Below, one piece after another: positions 1-14,556 of a DNA stretch of 64,000 nucleotides (positions are counted from its first letter, which is position 1; each line of letters begins with the position of its first letter). This DNA comes from Ophelia neglecta (lineage: Eukaryota): assembly GCA_965285935.1 (NCBI GenBank), contig OZ260663.1, positions 26,660,001 through 26,724,000 on the forward strand, in the 5' to 3' direction. Under the pieces are notes generated by a model. That model worked only from the letters and a program-made list of their open reading frames with translations. It searched no databases and was not told the origin of the DNA. The translations under genes and the position numbers were made by a program.

Positions 1-1005
1 AATGAAGGCTTTCCTCGGAATCTTAGCTAGAGTGAAAAAAAACAGTAAAAGCACACTTTAAGAAGTGTTCTTTTTTGACCTGGTAGTTTGTTGTTTTCAT
101 CAAAGTGGACCGTCTTAATCGTTCCGAGATGGGCACACATGAGATGAGTGTACAAAGAACATGTGCAATGGATTTCCATATTAAATTTATCTTATTAGAT
201 TGGCATTTACCAATGATGTTCAATTTATCATGTACATGTGGAAGTATTTCGACTTTAAATTGCCTTGTCTGACATAGTAAAGTACTATCTCCTAATTCAC
301 TCAATCGAAATACCGAGCTTTCGGGTTGTATTACACGCAATGAAATAAATAAAATACACTAAAATTCGCTATTATTTACAAATGTATAAAGCCTCATAAA
401 CTTGGAATTGTTCCATACAAGAGGGCACATATGAGAACTGAGTGGTCGGCAAAAATCGTTGATCATGCTGCTCCTTATACAAGAAACTAAATAAAAAAAT
501 ATACTAGTTGCAACCCGTAGAGGCCAGCTGCAGTCTACCGGTAGCCTACAGGTTCCTTACGCTATCTTACCAGTTTACCCGCTGCTCTTAGTTGGTTCCC
601 TTAGTTGTAGCTTTACTGTGCCTGGCGCCTGCTGGTGGCTAACCAGAGACGCTATTGTGGCAGATTTGGGCGTCTCACATTTTAGCTTACATCCGCTACC
701 CTCCAGCCTTATATGAAGGAAGTATGACCCTGTGTCATTAAACGCTATTGTCATACACTCTTTTTCGAACAGAAAACTGGAGTGTGGTCAACGGAAAAGT
801 ACCTTCCCATCTACAATTTTCATATTATTTGATGAAATATGACGATAACATTCCAATAATAAAGTTCAAATTGATGATGCCATAAGGAAAATCAATCTCT
901 CCGGGTTGATCAACCAATCAAGGCGCAGAAAGCGATAAAGCTTGGGTTTTCAAACACGTCTTGAGTCGGAACTTTACCAAATCTCTTTTCATTGTAAGAG
1001 GGCAC
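1..1005 (-). mobile_element. Second decayed L1/Tx1-like ORF2 fragment (RT C-terminus/thumb)
   Basis: RFGKV at ~985, with ~935-1003 resembling ~1533-1601 at the nucleotide level; ORF 23-340 contains KLNIIGK..NKINLIWK, like the LS.IGK..IK motif. Confidence 0.45.
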
Positions 1006-1009
1006 TGTC

Positions 1010-4000
1010 CTGTGTTTTTCTTGTGAAGCGGAGAACTCTCGGCCGCACATGGAGTAACATATCTAGTCAATTAGGGGTCTCCGGAAAGCTAAGTAAAATA
1101 ATTTGAATATACGCTAACATCTTCCCCTTATCATTTTCATTTTAACTTTTTATTACAGTGGAAAGTATTGACAAATGTGAATCGAAGCTTTGATTGCCAT
1201 TATCTTGCTAAAAGTCAACAGACATAATAAACCCCGCTTACTAAAAAATTAAGACAAAACGTTCAGATTAGCAATCTCGGCTTTTTCGAATAAATCAGAT
1301 TTTATTCCCACCATTCCTTTAATGTTAGCTCGTATGCCGTCCAGCAGGCTTTAATTGGCTTACAATTATTAATCTTAAGATCGGTGCCAGACGGATATGG
1401 TACCGATTCTGCCACAAGTGTTTTAACATAGTTTTGGTGCCGGTTAATCGTTTGCCATAAGGCGACTTGCCATATAAAACACACATCAACGAGTAAGGTC
1501 ATTTCCCGATAGGAGTTGGCCATAAAGACCGAATAAAGCTTGGATTTATTCACCACCTCTTGATTCAGAACTCTGCCAGTCTCTGTTCATGGTAAGAGGG
1601 GACACCCCGTGTAGGAATATGACCTATTATTACCGTCCGAGTGGTCATTTTGATATAATTATCTGTTGAAAAGTGTTGTGCAATTTGTCAAATCAGAGGC
1701 ATTTTTTCACATAAGATGATTAGGCTCTAACGGCGGTTTTACTACCGACATTTATTCTAAGCTCGTAGCAGAATAAACCGTTTATTATAAAACTGACATA
1801 TAAAACAAATTATAAAACCGCCTACACATTAGCCATAAAAAAATAAATGTTAAGCAATCCGAAGAGAATACCCTGATAACTGTTAAGGCCTTAGGCTTCA
1901 TGTCGGAAATAGTCTGGGCACTAAGACATTAGCACTGCACGAATTGATGTCAAACCAGGTAATATCACTTGTCCAACTAGATCCTTCCTTTAACCTTGTT
2001 TATTTAACAAAAGCCGGAGGCGAGTGGACATGGTATTTCGCATTATGTACATTGTAATTATAATAACCGCAATATTTTTAAAGTACCTCTCACCTTTTAC
2101 TATCAGGTCTGATTCAAGGGTCTTCAATTTAAAGATAAGTGGGCTGCACCTGTCAAGGACTCCAAACACATTCGCGAATGCGGCTTACTGGTCTAAATGT
2201 AACATTTAGATCTATTCATCCGGATACTATCGTGTACTTAAGTTCATTTTTTTGAACCTTAACTACCTAATGCTCTAACCGCCTATATATACTATGATGG
2301 TGTTACCCACTGCAGAGTCGGCAACCACCCCTGATTATTCATCTTCTTTCGGTAAACTGATACAAAATGCATTGCAACTCAAAGGTTATACTATCCAGAC
2401 ACATAGCAGAGTATAATAAAGTGCCCCGGTTGTCCTTGCTTTACCAAAATTGTTTTGTGACTTACCGATTAGCATTTCTGCCGTACCGTTCATTTCCATA
2501 TGTCTGCAAGTTTGTGATGTGCGACAGCTGCAGTTAATATACATCGTTTGTGATTTATTGAAGTAAGTTAATGTTTGGCACCGTCTATATACTGCCGCAT
2601 ATCAATTCCAGTTTCTCAAAACTGCATACCTGTAGGAAAATTGATAATTGAGTGTTTCCGTTCAATAGGCAGAACGAACATTATCATCAGTTCCAAACGA
2701 GCCACTTAATTAAATTTTGCAGGGGAAATAGTTTTACGGTCATCATAGGCGTATTTAGCCACATCCTTGCTGACTCATGAGATCCGTGCCAGTTGTGTGT
2801 TCCCCAGCCCCTTTCCTGGCCGCAGCTCAGATTGGAGAAAACTCGCCCCAAACAAAATGCGCTCCATGGTAACCTATGATTTTTTATGCCATTTATCCAC
2901 AGCGGTCTAACCGGTACAAGTACAATCGGATCCTCGACGTTGTATTTTTGGCTTTTCCTGTTTATTTATTTTTTGCGTGAACATATTGATGTGTTGACGT
3001 TTGTGAGGCTGTGGCTGCTACTTCCTGATGATATCTGGCTAATTTAATGGATTATTCTCGACTTATGACTTGGCTTAGACTGCCAGGTATCCTTCTGTTT
3101 ATATTATTGGTGTAGTTTTAAGCGGCCCAACGAATTTGGCAAACAACTATTACAGTGATATGATTGAAGCCCAACCTTTAAGATTTTCTTTGGATTGTAA
3201 ACCAAGTATGAGTACCAGTGTGATTTGTGATTCAGAGTAACTTAGATATCGTGATTAAGAAAGGTGTTATTCTTTCCGTCTGATGGCGCTCTAACTCGCC
3301 AATGTTGGACAGTGATGCAGCACGGGTTTGATCGTATTAGTTGCCTTTGTGAAGGAACTTACTACCAAAAGGCATATTCGTTACAAATAAATTAGAGTAT
3401 TTCTTTTTCTTCCTTAGATGTATTTGGAACGTTACTCCCTTGAAAGTTGCACTTGAAAAGACCACCCTTCTTAATGCCTCAATCGTTATCTATGAATCCA
3501 GTTTTTTTGGTTTTTGTAGAACAACTCAAATATTGTCCGAAAGGTTTTTTTTCTTCAGGAAAATATTTCAGTTTTCCCACAAAGCTCCAAGCAGAGATTA
3601 TTAAAAGGTCCTACTTAGTTTAGTTACAAACACAATTTGAGCACATAACATATTTTTGATGGTAATACCAAGAGAGTAAGATAATTTTGGATTTATAATG
3701 TCCACTGGGTTATTTGGTAAAGTTTAACTATAAGGCTTGTGTTTCAATTGTATTATTGGATCTACAGGACTGGTTTATACACAATTTACATATATAAGAG
3801 GGCGTTGGTATTAATTGAATACATTTTAAAGCATAACATTGCCATACCTTACACGCCAAGAGAGGAATGCTAGACCAACAGGTCTTTGTGACAATGTCTA
3901 ACATCAATTACAAGTCCCGTGGAGCCAAACACCAGGAAATAGTCAATCCTATCCGCTCATGGGCTCAAGTATCTGTTGCTTGCATATACTAATCTATAAG

Positions 4001-6100
4001 TATGTTGCTTGGAATGTGTTTACGCATGTTGAGCTGGATAAATCACCCTTCGCCCTTCATATCCCGTAGTTTATGTTTCCACAAAAAATGTTGGCATTGT
4101 AGCAATTCCGTAATAATCGCCTGTTTTATGTGTTGTTGGTTATTCAATTGGCTCCAATATACAATGCTATCCCTATATCAGGTTTTGAATGCCATCACAC
4201 ATAGTTGTCCTCCAAATACTAAAAGTTTAATGTCAAAAAATCAAGCCTATTCGCTTTTCCATAGTAACAAAACAAGCTGGTTTGCTACTATGGATAACTT
4301 ATATGCTATATGCTTTTCAGATAGAGATACTTGGCCTTTCTTAGCTTCTCTACTTAATCTTCTGAAAGATACCATTCTTGAAATACCATACCATCTAGTA
4401 AATGCGACTTAAGAAATAAAGTCCATCCGCCTTTTTTGTATGGGCAACCCTTTTTTTTTCTGAGTCTGTTACTCGTATTTTCTCTTTTTGGTGCCTTTGG
4501 TGCGTTGCTATCAGAAATAAGCATTGTTTGTTTAGTTACAACTATACATTTATGGCAATGATAGAAATGAAGGCCTGTTGGATCATGCTAACTATCGTTT
4601 TTACTTTTTTAAATGACGAATGGATGCCTGGAAAATTCGTCAGTTACTTGATATATTTTACTGACAAGGGGGTTTAAAACCTATTTGATATTTCTCTTCT
4701 GATTAAAAGAAAAATTCAGTGATACACCATACATGTGCTATAAAAACGATTGCACCTGGAATTTCTTATATGTATATAAGAAAGTCTCGTCCATCATCGT
4801 AGACTCTTCTATTGCATACTTAATCTTCTTCCTTCGTTGAACACTAACTCGTTAGTACCGCGGTTGCTGTCAAATTTTGGAAAACTGGCGACTCTCTTTG
4901 CAATTGATATTATATTATTTTTCTGTATCTCTGTACAATCGTATTTTAACTAGTGCGGTTGGGAATTGATATATGTGAGTCTGCAGCTGACAGTTACTGA
5001 TGTAATCACTCCTGTTCTTTTTAACCATTGGAATTGTATACATGCTGGCTATGACAGGCTACATACTCTCGTTTGGTGGATATGATTATGCACATTTGTA
5101 TATAGTTGATTTATGTGGAACTTTCCGTTTTGTAAATCTTTTTGTAAGGAGTAAAAATACCCGAGGGGTCGTACGTCAGCATGTTTAATGTATTCTGTCA
5201 CCGAATGAAAATTAAGTGAAACCTTTTCTTTTCAAGTGGGAACATTTGAACCAAAACATGTCCGAACACTTGGGAGAACTAAATTTTAATAGTTGTTTTT
5301 TATCAATTACAGAAGAATTTCTTCAGGAGCATGTATCATCCCTCTTCAGTTCTCGTTGTGAAGGTCTTTCTCGCCCTTTCTAGTTCCACGCCAATCTCCC
5401 TCTACCGGGCTTCTGCAAATATTATATATGTACTATAAAAGATTTGATAAAGATCAAGATTTATATATATGAAATCGGTGAGAGTTATTAAAGGGTCAGT
5501 CAGATGCTGGCATACTAATGTCAATCCATTTATCATCAGAATGTCATATAACTTGCAATAAGACATTGGCAAAGTCTTCCAACATGTTATTTATGCATAC
5601 AAACTTATCAGGGTCCAGTTTAGGATACACTTTGAATATGTGTTGAAGATTCTAATTGTGGACTAGTCTCTATCATAAATGTGACAATGCGCATATAATT
5701 TTTTTCCATAATACACGCTGGTTACGGCCTATACATTGCAGCCTGACGATGAAGCTTGTTCTGTATCTTTTGAAGAGTTACATTACCAGATATTTGCTGG
5801 TGAATTAATATTCGGCCATTTGGGAATGTATAATCCATTTCCAGCAGGCAGGTCTTAAACAATAGCGTCAAGGCAGTTATATAATCGTAAAATTTCATTC
5901 TGGTTGTAGGGTATATGGACTGTGTTTGGTTGTTTCATTTGCGAAAAAACCGTAAAATTGATTTTCCAAAATTAGTTGATATCCTGTTCTTGCACCTGTT
6001 CAACTTGGTGTTAGAGCAAATTACTGGTTGACCTCTAGCTACAAAGCAAGAAGAAGTGTTACTTGGAATGTCTGCTTTGAAAAATTGGGAAAAAAGAAGC
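1010..6100 (-). mobile_element. Heavily decayed L1/Tx1-like LINE (endonuclease, linker, RT and thumb relics; possible ORF1 upstream)
   Basis: Minus-strand peptides in the expected order, with stops and frameshifts: VFQE (~4380), DRIDYFLV (3953-3930), ALWE (~3580), LIRS and GE..LE (~3335-3285), NPKKIL (~3190), CLLN (~2665), SQTMYI (~2545), N..PI....LKEW then DLFEKAEIAN.NVLS (~1370-1250). Boundaries approximate. Confidence 0.6.
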
Positions 6101-7619
6101 CAAAAAGTATAGAGTGTTTTAACCTTTTTGTGTTTGCCTAGTACCGGTGATGTTTGCTTTGGTCACATTTTAATGTGTCTGCAATCGAAGAATTTAAAAC
6201 AAAAGGGGATATTTCCTGAAAAGAACCCTTCCCTTAAAGTCGATTCAGATATACATTTTCTTATTTCCATATATATCAATCGTACATCTTTGATGCGGCC
6301 TTTAGCATTCGTGGAAAACCAACCTGTGTTTTACAGAGGATTATTATCGGAGAGGGCATCTGTTTTCAAAATAACAAATGCATATTAATCAATTTCGTAA
6401 GGATTGATATTTTGATTTATGTCAATTTAGTTGAGGCATGGATCGTTTGCATGGTTTTGAAAGGAATCTTTGTAAAGTGGCTCGTAAGAAACCGACCAAA
6501 ATGAACATACAAATTTTCCACAAAAAGTTAACAGTACCATACGAACCTATCATCGTTCATGAGTTCCACGCAATCCTTTATATTTAATAGTATAACACGC
6601 TTGGTATAAAGTAAGTTGAAACCCCTATGTTACTCAAGGTCGGTATGAACGATCAATATTTGAGCTACGGCCTTTTTGTATGAAAGTCTGGTGCATCACC
6701 AAGATAAAGGAGTTGCCCTAATAATCCGGACTCCCTTTCATCAGTACACGACCTATGACAGTCACAACCTCTTCTAAGCCTCCTGAAATACTATTAGTGA
6801 CAATGAAGCATAAATGCCATTGAAGTATTATTGTGTGAGTATTATAGCTCACATATAATTGCATAAATGCTTTATGTTAAACTTTATGTGCGATCATAAA
6901 TAGGTATATTAATAACATCACTGTCAATACAGAACTAACGACTTCCACCAGGCTAAATATAATCGTGTTTTCCAAAATAGATACTGGCTTATTTACAACA
7001 CATAAATGCTTTATGTAAAACTTTATTGTTTATATATATCAACAAATATGATACATTTATTCTTACGTACTATTGAGTGATACTTATTTAAACGGCCGGT
7101 TTTAAGTATTACTAACTGTATAATAGAAATATAATCCACATATAACCTTGGCAAAGCCACAACACCAAAAACGCACTTTCACTTAGATGTGTATGTAATT
7201 GAACTCGATCAAGTTGGAATTTGAAGAAAATGTTTGAATAAAAAACCCGATTGTGATCCGCTGCAGATTTGCCGATATTCTAGAGGTTAAACGTAATGCA
7301 ATACCACATGTGTGATGCACACGCGACCTATTTCATTTTAGCCCTAACTTTGGATACAATCCACTTAGTGCTTTGTCAGAAAAATGTGTAGAAAAGACTA
7401 AATCTTGTTTAGATAATTCAATACACAATCGATGGAGCTTTAAGAATAAGTAGCCAAGTGCAATAAAAACCCACACTCATCGAGGCTTCCAAACATTCAA
7501 TCTATTTGAAATGCAAATAATAATAAAATTGCGTGTATACAAGGACCTACAGCCCTGACGTGTGCGGGGAGCGGTGCACATCCGGGGTAGAGGTTTTCTT
7601 ATGTTCTCCCGGAATGCAG

Positions 7620-7725
7620 CGCCGACAGCGCAGCGTCGAAAACAGGGCCCCAATAAACACAAGACAAGAGAATGATACAAGAGGTCCCTGCACACAAAAG
7701 GGAAAAGGAATATTACATATCCTCG
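7620..7725 (+). CDS. Candidate upstream collagen exon (RRQRSVENRAPINTRQENDTRGPCTQKGKGILHIL-G)
   Basis: Pyrimidine tract ...ggaatgcag acceptor and G|gtaatg donor in phase 1, matching the phase of exon 26861. It places a Cys 11 residues before GFD, as in alpha1(IX). Speculative. Confidence 0.3.
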
Positions 7726-8958
7726 GTAATGCAGTACAATAGCTAGTATTTAAATTGAACAAGCCACGCTTTTATTGTGACTGCACGTGTGCATCCGCCA
7801 CATTCGATACTAGAAAGAGACAGATGCACATGTTCTCTTCCCCTAGGTTAGCGGAATAGATTACTCAACATAATTGTAGCCTATCACTACGTGGATGTCT
7901 AATTTCATTTTATCGTCATTCTCAGTTTCATCTCATGGCATGTAAAACGTTAAGATATTTTTAAAAACCGCTCACTGAAATTGTATTGATATGAGAGTAT
8001 TTGAATCTGTTGGTTATGGTGTAGAAAAAGACGAGGTTAATAGATCCTGTGACTCCCTTTTCTTGTCTTAATAATGTACAGCCCGTTTTATTAATGCTCT
8101 GGCAGGGTCCAGGTTGCATTATCGTAATAGGATTTTCCCCATGCAGTGAATCCCCTTGTTGGGGTTGTCTACAGTTTTCATGCCCGACATAATATCGGGC
8201 TTTCTCGACACGTGATGGGTCAAAAAAATCTAGCCTACATATGAAATGTCAAAATATGTGTTATTCATAGTATCTTATTATTTAGGGATAATTGATAGAC
8301 GCATGCTGATATTGTTGCCACAATGGAAGTCAGAGACATGTCACACTTTTTTTTTGATGATTTTATTACCTTTCGATATACATAGTACAAGATAACAATA
8401 GCAGTGTAATTGCGATCTCTTTACTATTCTGCAAGCCCTACAATCATTGTCCCTTTGTACAATAGCCCATGTAAAAAATATATATCGTGCTTTTGTTTTT
8501 ATTTTCGTAAATGCCTTGCAACATTACATTACATCTTCACTTGTCTAATCTGTACTTAATTAATTGGTAAAATAATGAGAAACATTTCTTAATCTTTCTA
8601 CATAAGCCACACCTTTAACCCTGTAATAGCTTTCAACAACTCCAAGCTTAATTTCAGCTTATTAATAATGACGGTGAACACTAACTCTTTTTCTTTTTCA
8701 TTGTGTTACATGTTCTTGCCTAAACATGTATCTTTATGTGGAACACAGCAGCTAACCCCGAGGCTATGGTTTAACCTGTAAGGGATAGGATTTAATTACG
8801 TCCCTGCAACCTACGGAGGATATTTGGGCATTCTTCCCTTCAATCAAAAAACTCCATGATCATGGTTTATACATAAATGAATTAAGATGCAAGTCTTAAC
8901 TCCATTGTCACATTCCTGTTTGGACTAATATTGGCATTATGGAGTCCCTCATGGCTAA

Positions 8959-8960
<2 letters not shown>

Positions 8961-8995
<35 letters not shown>

Positions 8996-9002
8996 TATAT
9001 AT
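8961..9002. repeat. (AT)n microsatellite
   Basis: about 20 AT units with one interruption. Confidence 0.95.
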
Positions 9003-12000
9003 TCGTATTAATAGACACGACACGATGACATACGTTTCAACACTCTGTTGAAGAGGTAATGTTGTTGGCATCAGCTCCAGGGCATCAGCTCGAGGGCATC
9101 AGCTCAGGCTCAAATTACTTTGGGTGGCCTCTATACACCAAGGACATATGGTTATTTGCATTTATTTGTAACGTTGTCGTTTTTTCTGTCTGTTCATCCT
9201 TCGGATACATTTGTTCGCCCTTATATATGTACCATATGCATGAGTTAGCATCAAGCAACATTAATTCAATCTCGTGGTGTTCGCAGTGGGACACAAGTAT
9301 TATTTAGCGAATTACTATGTTAATTACTGTTCTTGAATTGCATATTGCAAACATTGCGTTTCACTCATGTATTTGTCAGTCACAATTTACTGAATGAAAT
9401 AGAAAACTGTAAAAAAAAAATCGCTGCCGTACTTTCTGCACACGGTTGTATTTGAAAGCTAGTAAACACTAATAAATCTTCGGCTAATTCCCTGTTAGTA
9501 GTCATATCATACACCAAATGAAAATATAAAACATATCTGGTGATGTTTAATTGTTGATTATCTCTGTTCGGACGAGATTTCGTTCATGCAACGCCGTGTT
9601 TTGAGGCAATGAACGTCTGATTAATTAGAAGTGTCTGATCGTCAGCATTGCAATTCGCATAAACCAACCTCCCGAGAATGATTTTTTGAATAATTCCCGC
9701 CTGTATTGTTGTTATTGAACCATCCAGGAAGTATTGGCATGTGGTAGAATCAACATAATTGTTTTCCAACGTTTTATAGCAAATGATTATGTTCTGGTAT
9801 TCCACAATAGAAGGCAGTAAGGACTTTCCAGCCGACCGAGTGGAGATAATAATATTTTATCAGCTTTCATAGGACCAGAGTTTCTGGCGGAGTTGTTCAA
9901 CTATAATACGTAACAGGCAGTAATGTTCTTACTTCCATATTAGAAGGTAAGAGAGCGTATCAGAAATGCAATTCAGTACTGACGACAGATATAAGGTACA
10001 CCGCCAAAATATTGTTATTTTAAAAGTGAAATTGACGAAGTGTCTAACGACGGAATGTATCAAGTAAATTTTTATGTAAACTAATCGGAACATAGTACTG
10101 TGAGAATATCAAGCAATGCTGCAATTAAATTAAACCACTACAAGGCAATCAATAAAATGTGAGCAATAGGCCTCGGAAAGCTTATCACCATTTCAAAATA
10201 ATTACGCTATCATAATTGCGGGCGCAACTCACAGCACCTAAAATTTCCCACTGATTACATGAAAAAAAAAGCACTGTGATATATTTCAACGGCTTCTGTC
10301 TTGTCATTTTTGTGATCAATGTTTGTATCTCATAAATTGACCCTCGACTTCCTTTGCTGCTGAGGGGGTGTGTAATTAAATTCTTTGTACTATATATTTA
10401 ACTTGTCATCCTTATTTGAACTTGATATGCTCTTACTTATGTACAAAACTTACAGTATATACTTTTCAAGTATTAGCATCTGGCAGCCGTGCCCAAATGC
10501 CTCATCAGTGGATTTCCCCATCATTGGTTTGTTCAGCAGGCAAACCCAATACATCTTTTAGAATTTCCGTTAACAGGGAGACCTTTGAGATAAATGATAT
10601 GCCATACTGTCAACAGGGGCGACGTTGTTATCGTTAGACACGTCCCAATTTAAGAAAATCTCTGAATGTTATTTATCTATTGAGGAACGTGTTTCATGTA
10701 TGCCAATCACGCAATATATTAGAACACATTGGGGAAAAAATAACTACTTTCAGGTATATTTGTTTCCTACTTGCTTCATATCATTCCGATTTCCGATTTC
10801 TTTTGAAAAAGGGAGGGATCATCTCGAATATTCATATATCTCACACTAGATTATAAAACATAAGAAATTGCACTAATCAGTAACCATCAAAGAGGTTTCA
10901 TTTGAAATACTTAAGTTTATCGGTTAATTAAGTCTTTAAATCAGTATTGATACCCGCCAGACAAACCCAGAGCCATCGGTAACTTTACTGCTTGGCTATG
11001 TATAGCGTTAGCGTTGGCAGAGAACTCCCCTCAAGTATGGTAGCGAGGCTGCCAAATCCCTTAAATGGCTGGTAAGTGTATTATAAAAAGCCCTTCTTAT
11101 CAGCGCACATTGTGTATAAAACACAGAGGCGGATATATTGTGTTTATAATCATCTATGCTCTGAGCAGCCAAAATGTAAAACTTAAAGTGTTGCTTTTGA
11201 TTGAAATGTGCATATTCGCTCATCTACCTAGCCACATGTGCTCTGGCATACTCATCATTCCAACTGTTATGACAATTTCTAGTGTGTGGATTGATTCCAT
11301 TTATTGGTGCTATCATCTACCCATTGTCTATGTGCACAACCGACAATGTTATTATTCGTGTCCAATTATGAAGTCAGGACAGCCTGCCATATATAATGGG
11401 TTTTTATGTTTAAAAATACCAGCGACCTGAATTTCGAGAGCTTTTTTTCTCTCGCTTGAGTCTACTGCTGGGTTAAGGGAAGGTCCATTGTCGATTCAAA
11501 TAACATAATTGCAAGAATCATTGAATATAGAATGTGTTTTAAAATTTAATATACAACAAAACATTTGCAGGTCTTCTTCAACATGACATAAAATGTCCTC
11601 TATGCGAATGAAAGCAGTGACTGTTGCACAAGATTCGATTGTATTTACAATGCAAAAACTGGGGAATAGACAACGGCGAATGTGTACGACACATGTCTCT
11701 AATTTGTTTTGCAATATGTGTGCTTTCCGTAGTCTTGAGCAGAAATAATCCTACCCACCCACGATGTCATCACAATGGTATAGAGCACGTTAGGGGATAT
11801 TTGTCTAACGAGCATTTGTGTTTATTTTACTTACCCCATATACAAGGAAATACCATAAATAAGACAGGGCATTAAATTCCATCGACTTGTACCAGTCACA
11901 CGTTTTACAGTGAGTTACTGCGAACAAAAAAATAGTAGGCAACAAATCCTTGTTTCTTATGGTCTTGTAAATATCTCTTGCTTCGTCTGTTTTTAATATA

Positions 12001-14196
12001 CTGACATGTGCCCGACCCTGAATGGTAACACCTTCGTCCTACCACGATGCCTGTGTTGGTATATCACAAATTAGCGCTGTTGACATCTGTACACTGAAAT
12101 GGTATTATCACTTGCAGGGTTGTGGACAGTGTATGGTTTATCGCAGAAATACAGTCGTTGTATCACAAACCGTCCTGGCTTCAGTGAAACTTTGCTTTCC
12201 CATTGATCATCATTACCCTTATACATTTCATATATATCACTGTCAAGTAACTGTTTATTATGGATGCATTATTCACGAGGTCAATATTATTTTTTGTCTA
12301 ATTGAATGTCAACATCCGGATTTGGTAATGTAAAACTTTTAGGCCAATAACCTTTTATAAGTCATAGACAGTTGGTAGTGACCAAAAACCCACATTTTAT
12401 TTTTCAAATTGAAAACAAAGGATAACGCTCTCTTGAGTAGGGGTCCACTTTTTACACATTGTTTTTGGAGTACATTTTGGTATGCACTACTGCCTTAAGA
12501 AACTTTGTTACGTCATCGGATTTGTTTCTAAACATGATATCGGTACTGTCGCCGTTTTGTTTCTTTCGATTTCTTTCTAAACCAATATAGGGCAAGTGTA
12601 GATCAGCTACCTTGTCATGTGTCCGCGTATATGTAACTTATTATCACAATTTTGTTTATTTCCAGAATGTATATATCCCATTTCCACCGGGTAAATACGT
12701 TTCATGTGAATAAAGGCTGGTGATTAACATGTTTGTATTTAATTGCCTTATATATATGTCATCGGATTGTACAGGGAACAATGTGTCCGGTGAATTGAAG
12801 ATAGGTGTAAATTGTCATGCAGTGCTTGCACAAAAAGTATAAGTCATTTGGAAGTAATAACTCATGTGTGAGCTATCCGACAATTAATACCTATGTGGCT
12901 CTATCCTACAGGATCATACGTCATATGGGCAAACGAAAATGCTAAATTTATTCGGATAAATTCTGTCTTTAGATGTGTCAAGATATAGTATCAGTAATAT
13001 CCAAAACATTTGAAGTGTCTTTGCGATAATTTCACCAAATAAAAATCGATCTTTGTATTCAAACAATTTATTCAACACTTGTAAGACACATAACGAAGTT
13101 ATTACCCGCCATCAAACATTTTTTGCATTCGTGTCCAAAGCGGGGTGGATGTGGATGAAAAAGTGACAACATGGGTCAACTTTTAATTTGAGATAAATGA
13201 ACGGAGCATCAGTCTGCAATGGCTACATGCTGATTCCCACCAGCTTTGTTTTCGTAGACTGTACACATATAAAAGAACACCGCTGCTTTTTAACCTTTAA
13301 CCAAAGCCCATCAAAGCTCACACATTCGTTGCTGTTGGAGTCGATCAGCGAAAGCAGGTTCTAATGAACATTTGGGCAAGGTGCTCAATACCTCAGACAT
13401 AAACACAAACCAACAGATTAATTTTCCATTCATGACAAATTCCAGATTGACATCTATCTTATTGTATACAAATATAACTGAACCGGTTTTACCTTGACTG
13501 GCCCCTCAAACACATGAATATATCTAGACTCACCAACAAAACCCTCGACGTGCGAGTGCAGTTTAAGATAGGCGTAGTTGAACCATGACGTTCTCATAGA
13601 ATGTAACAATTGTTTAAAGCTGAGACTTTAAAACCCTCCCCGTATCCACTCACTGGCTTGCTTGACAAAAGTTTCAACACTTGTACTCACACAACCACTT
13701 TTGTAATCCTAGATATAAACTGGCAGTTTACCAAGCCGGCCTAAAGAGCAGAGCACATTAGATTAAATCATTTATTAGTTGCTTGTTCACCTTGTCTTTA
13801 TTCAAATAAAAAAATGCGTTGGTATTCGTGAATGCCTAGAAACAAGATAAGACCACAGAGCATCCTATCTGATCACATATCACTTCTCCTTTTACAATAA
13901 TATCGATAGAAATTATCTTTCTATCATATTTGAAATAGAATAATTACTAAGCATTACAATATTTATACATATGTTAAATTTCAGATTGTTTTGCCACTTG
14001 CCTTGTTTAATAATTGTCTCCACCCAGCTTTGAAAAGGTCAATTCTTTTGATCTCGATGATAAGCTGTTTTGTTTCATACCATGCTCCGTAGTTGGGAGG
14101 CTTCAGTATCGATTTTCTGAGGCGACCAAAGCGGACAGAAATAAAACATGAAACGATCGGTTCATGGTGATTCGTATCATGTCTAGTTTCTTTCCA

Positions 14197-14556
14197 AGCC
14201 CGGGCCCAGACTGAAACAATATATGTTAACGCATGCCGACATGACTCCAGAAGAGCTACAACATGTACAACTGGGAGTGCATATTGAATTCTTGGTCGTA
14301 ACAGGAAGCACAGTGTCTGTACGTATCCGGATTTGTGGAAACTTGTATCATGTTCATCGACAAATATGGGGAAACAGATTGCGAAAAAAACACTACTCGT
14401 TTCACTGCATTTTTATTTGGAGGTATTAAAGATTCCAGGAGGTAGATTGGTATATTGGGATGGAGGAGCGGGGGGGGGGGGGGGGGGGGCAGGCGTCTTG
14501 GCCTGTACCGGTAAATAGTCCTTCCAACAAAGTGTTCGAATTTCAGTCTTGGGCTA
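14197..14556. mobile_element. probable MITE
   Basis: GCCCAGACTGAAA at the left end and TTTCAGTCTTGGGC at the right end form an imperfect inverted repeat; internal poly-G. Confidence 0.35.

Noticed and set aside
2760-2880. Promoter-like cluster (TGACTCA, ATTGG, CCATGGTAAC)
   Set aside because: It falls inside the inferred LINE RT relic and no linked exon was found.
3047-3115. Signal-peptide-like ORF MDYSRLMTWLRLPGILLFILLV as the collagen first exon
   Set aside because: It ends in a stop with no good donor and lies antisense within the decayed L1/Tx1 ORF2.
4002-4412. 136-aa plus-strand ORF
   Set aside because: Antisense to LINE endonuclease relics; no recognisable protein features.
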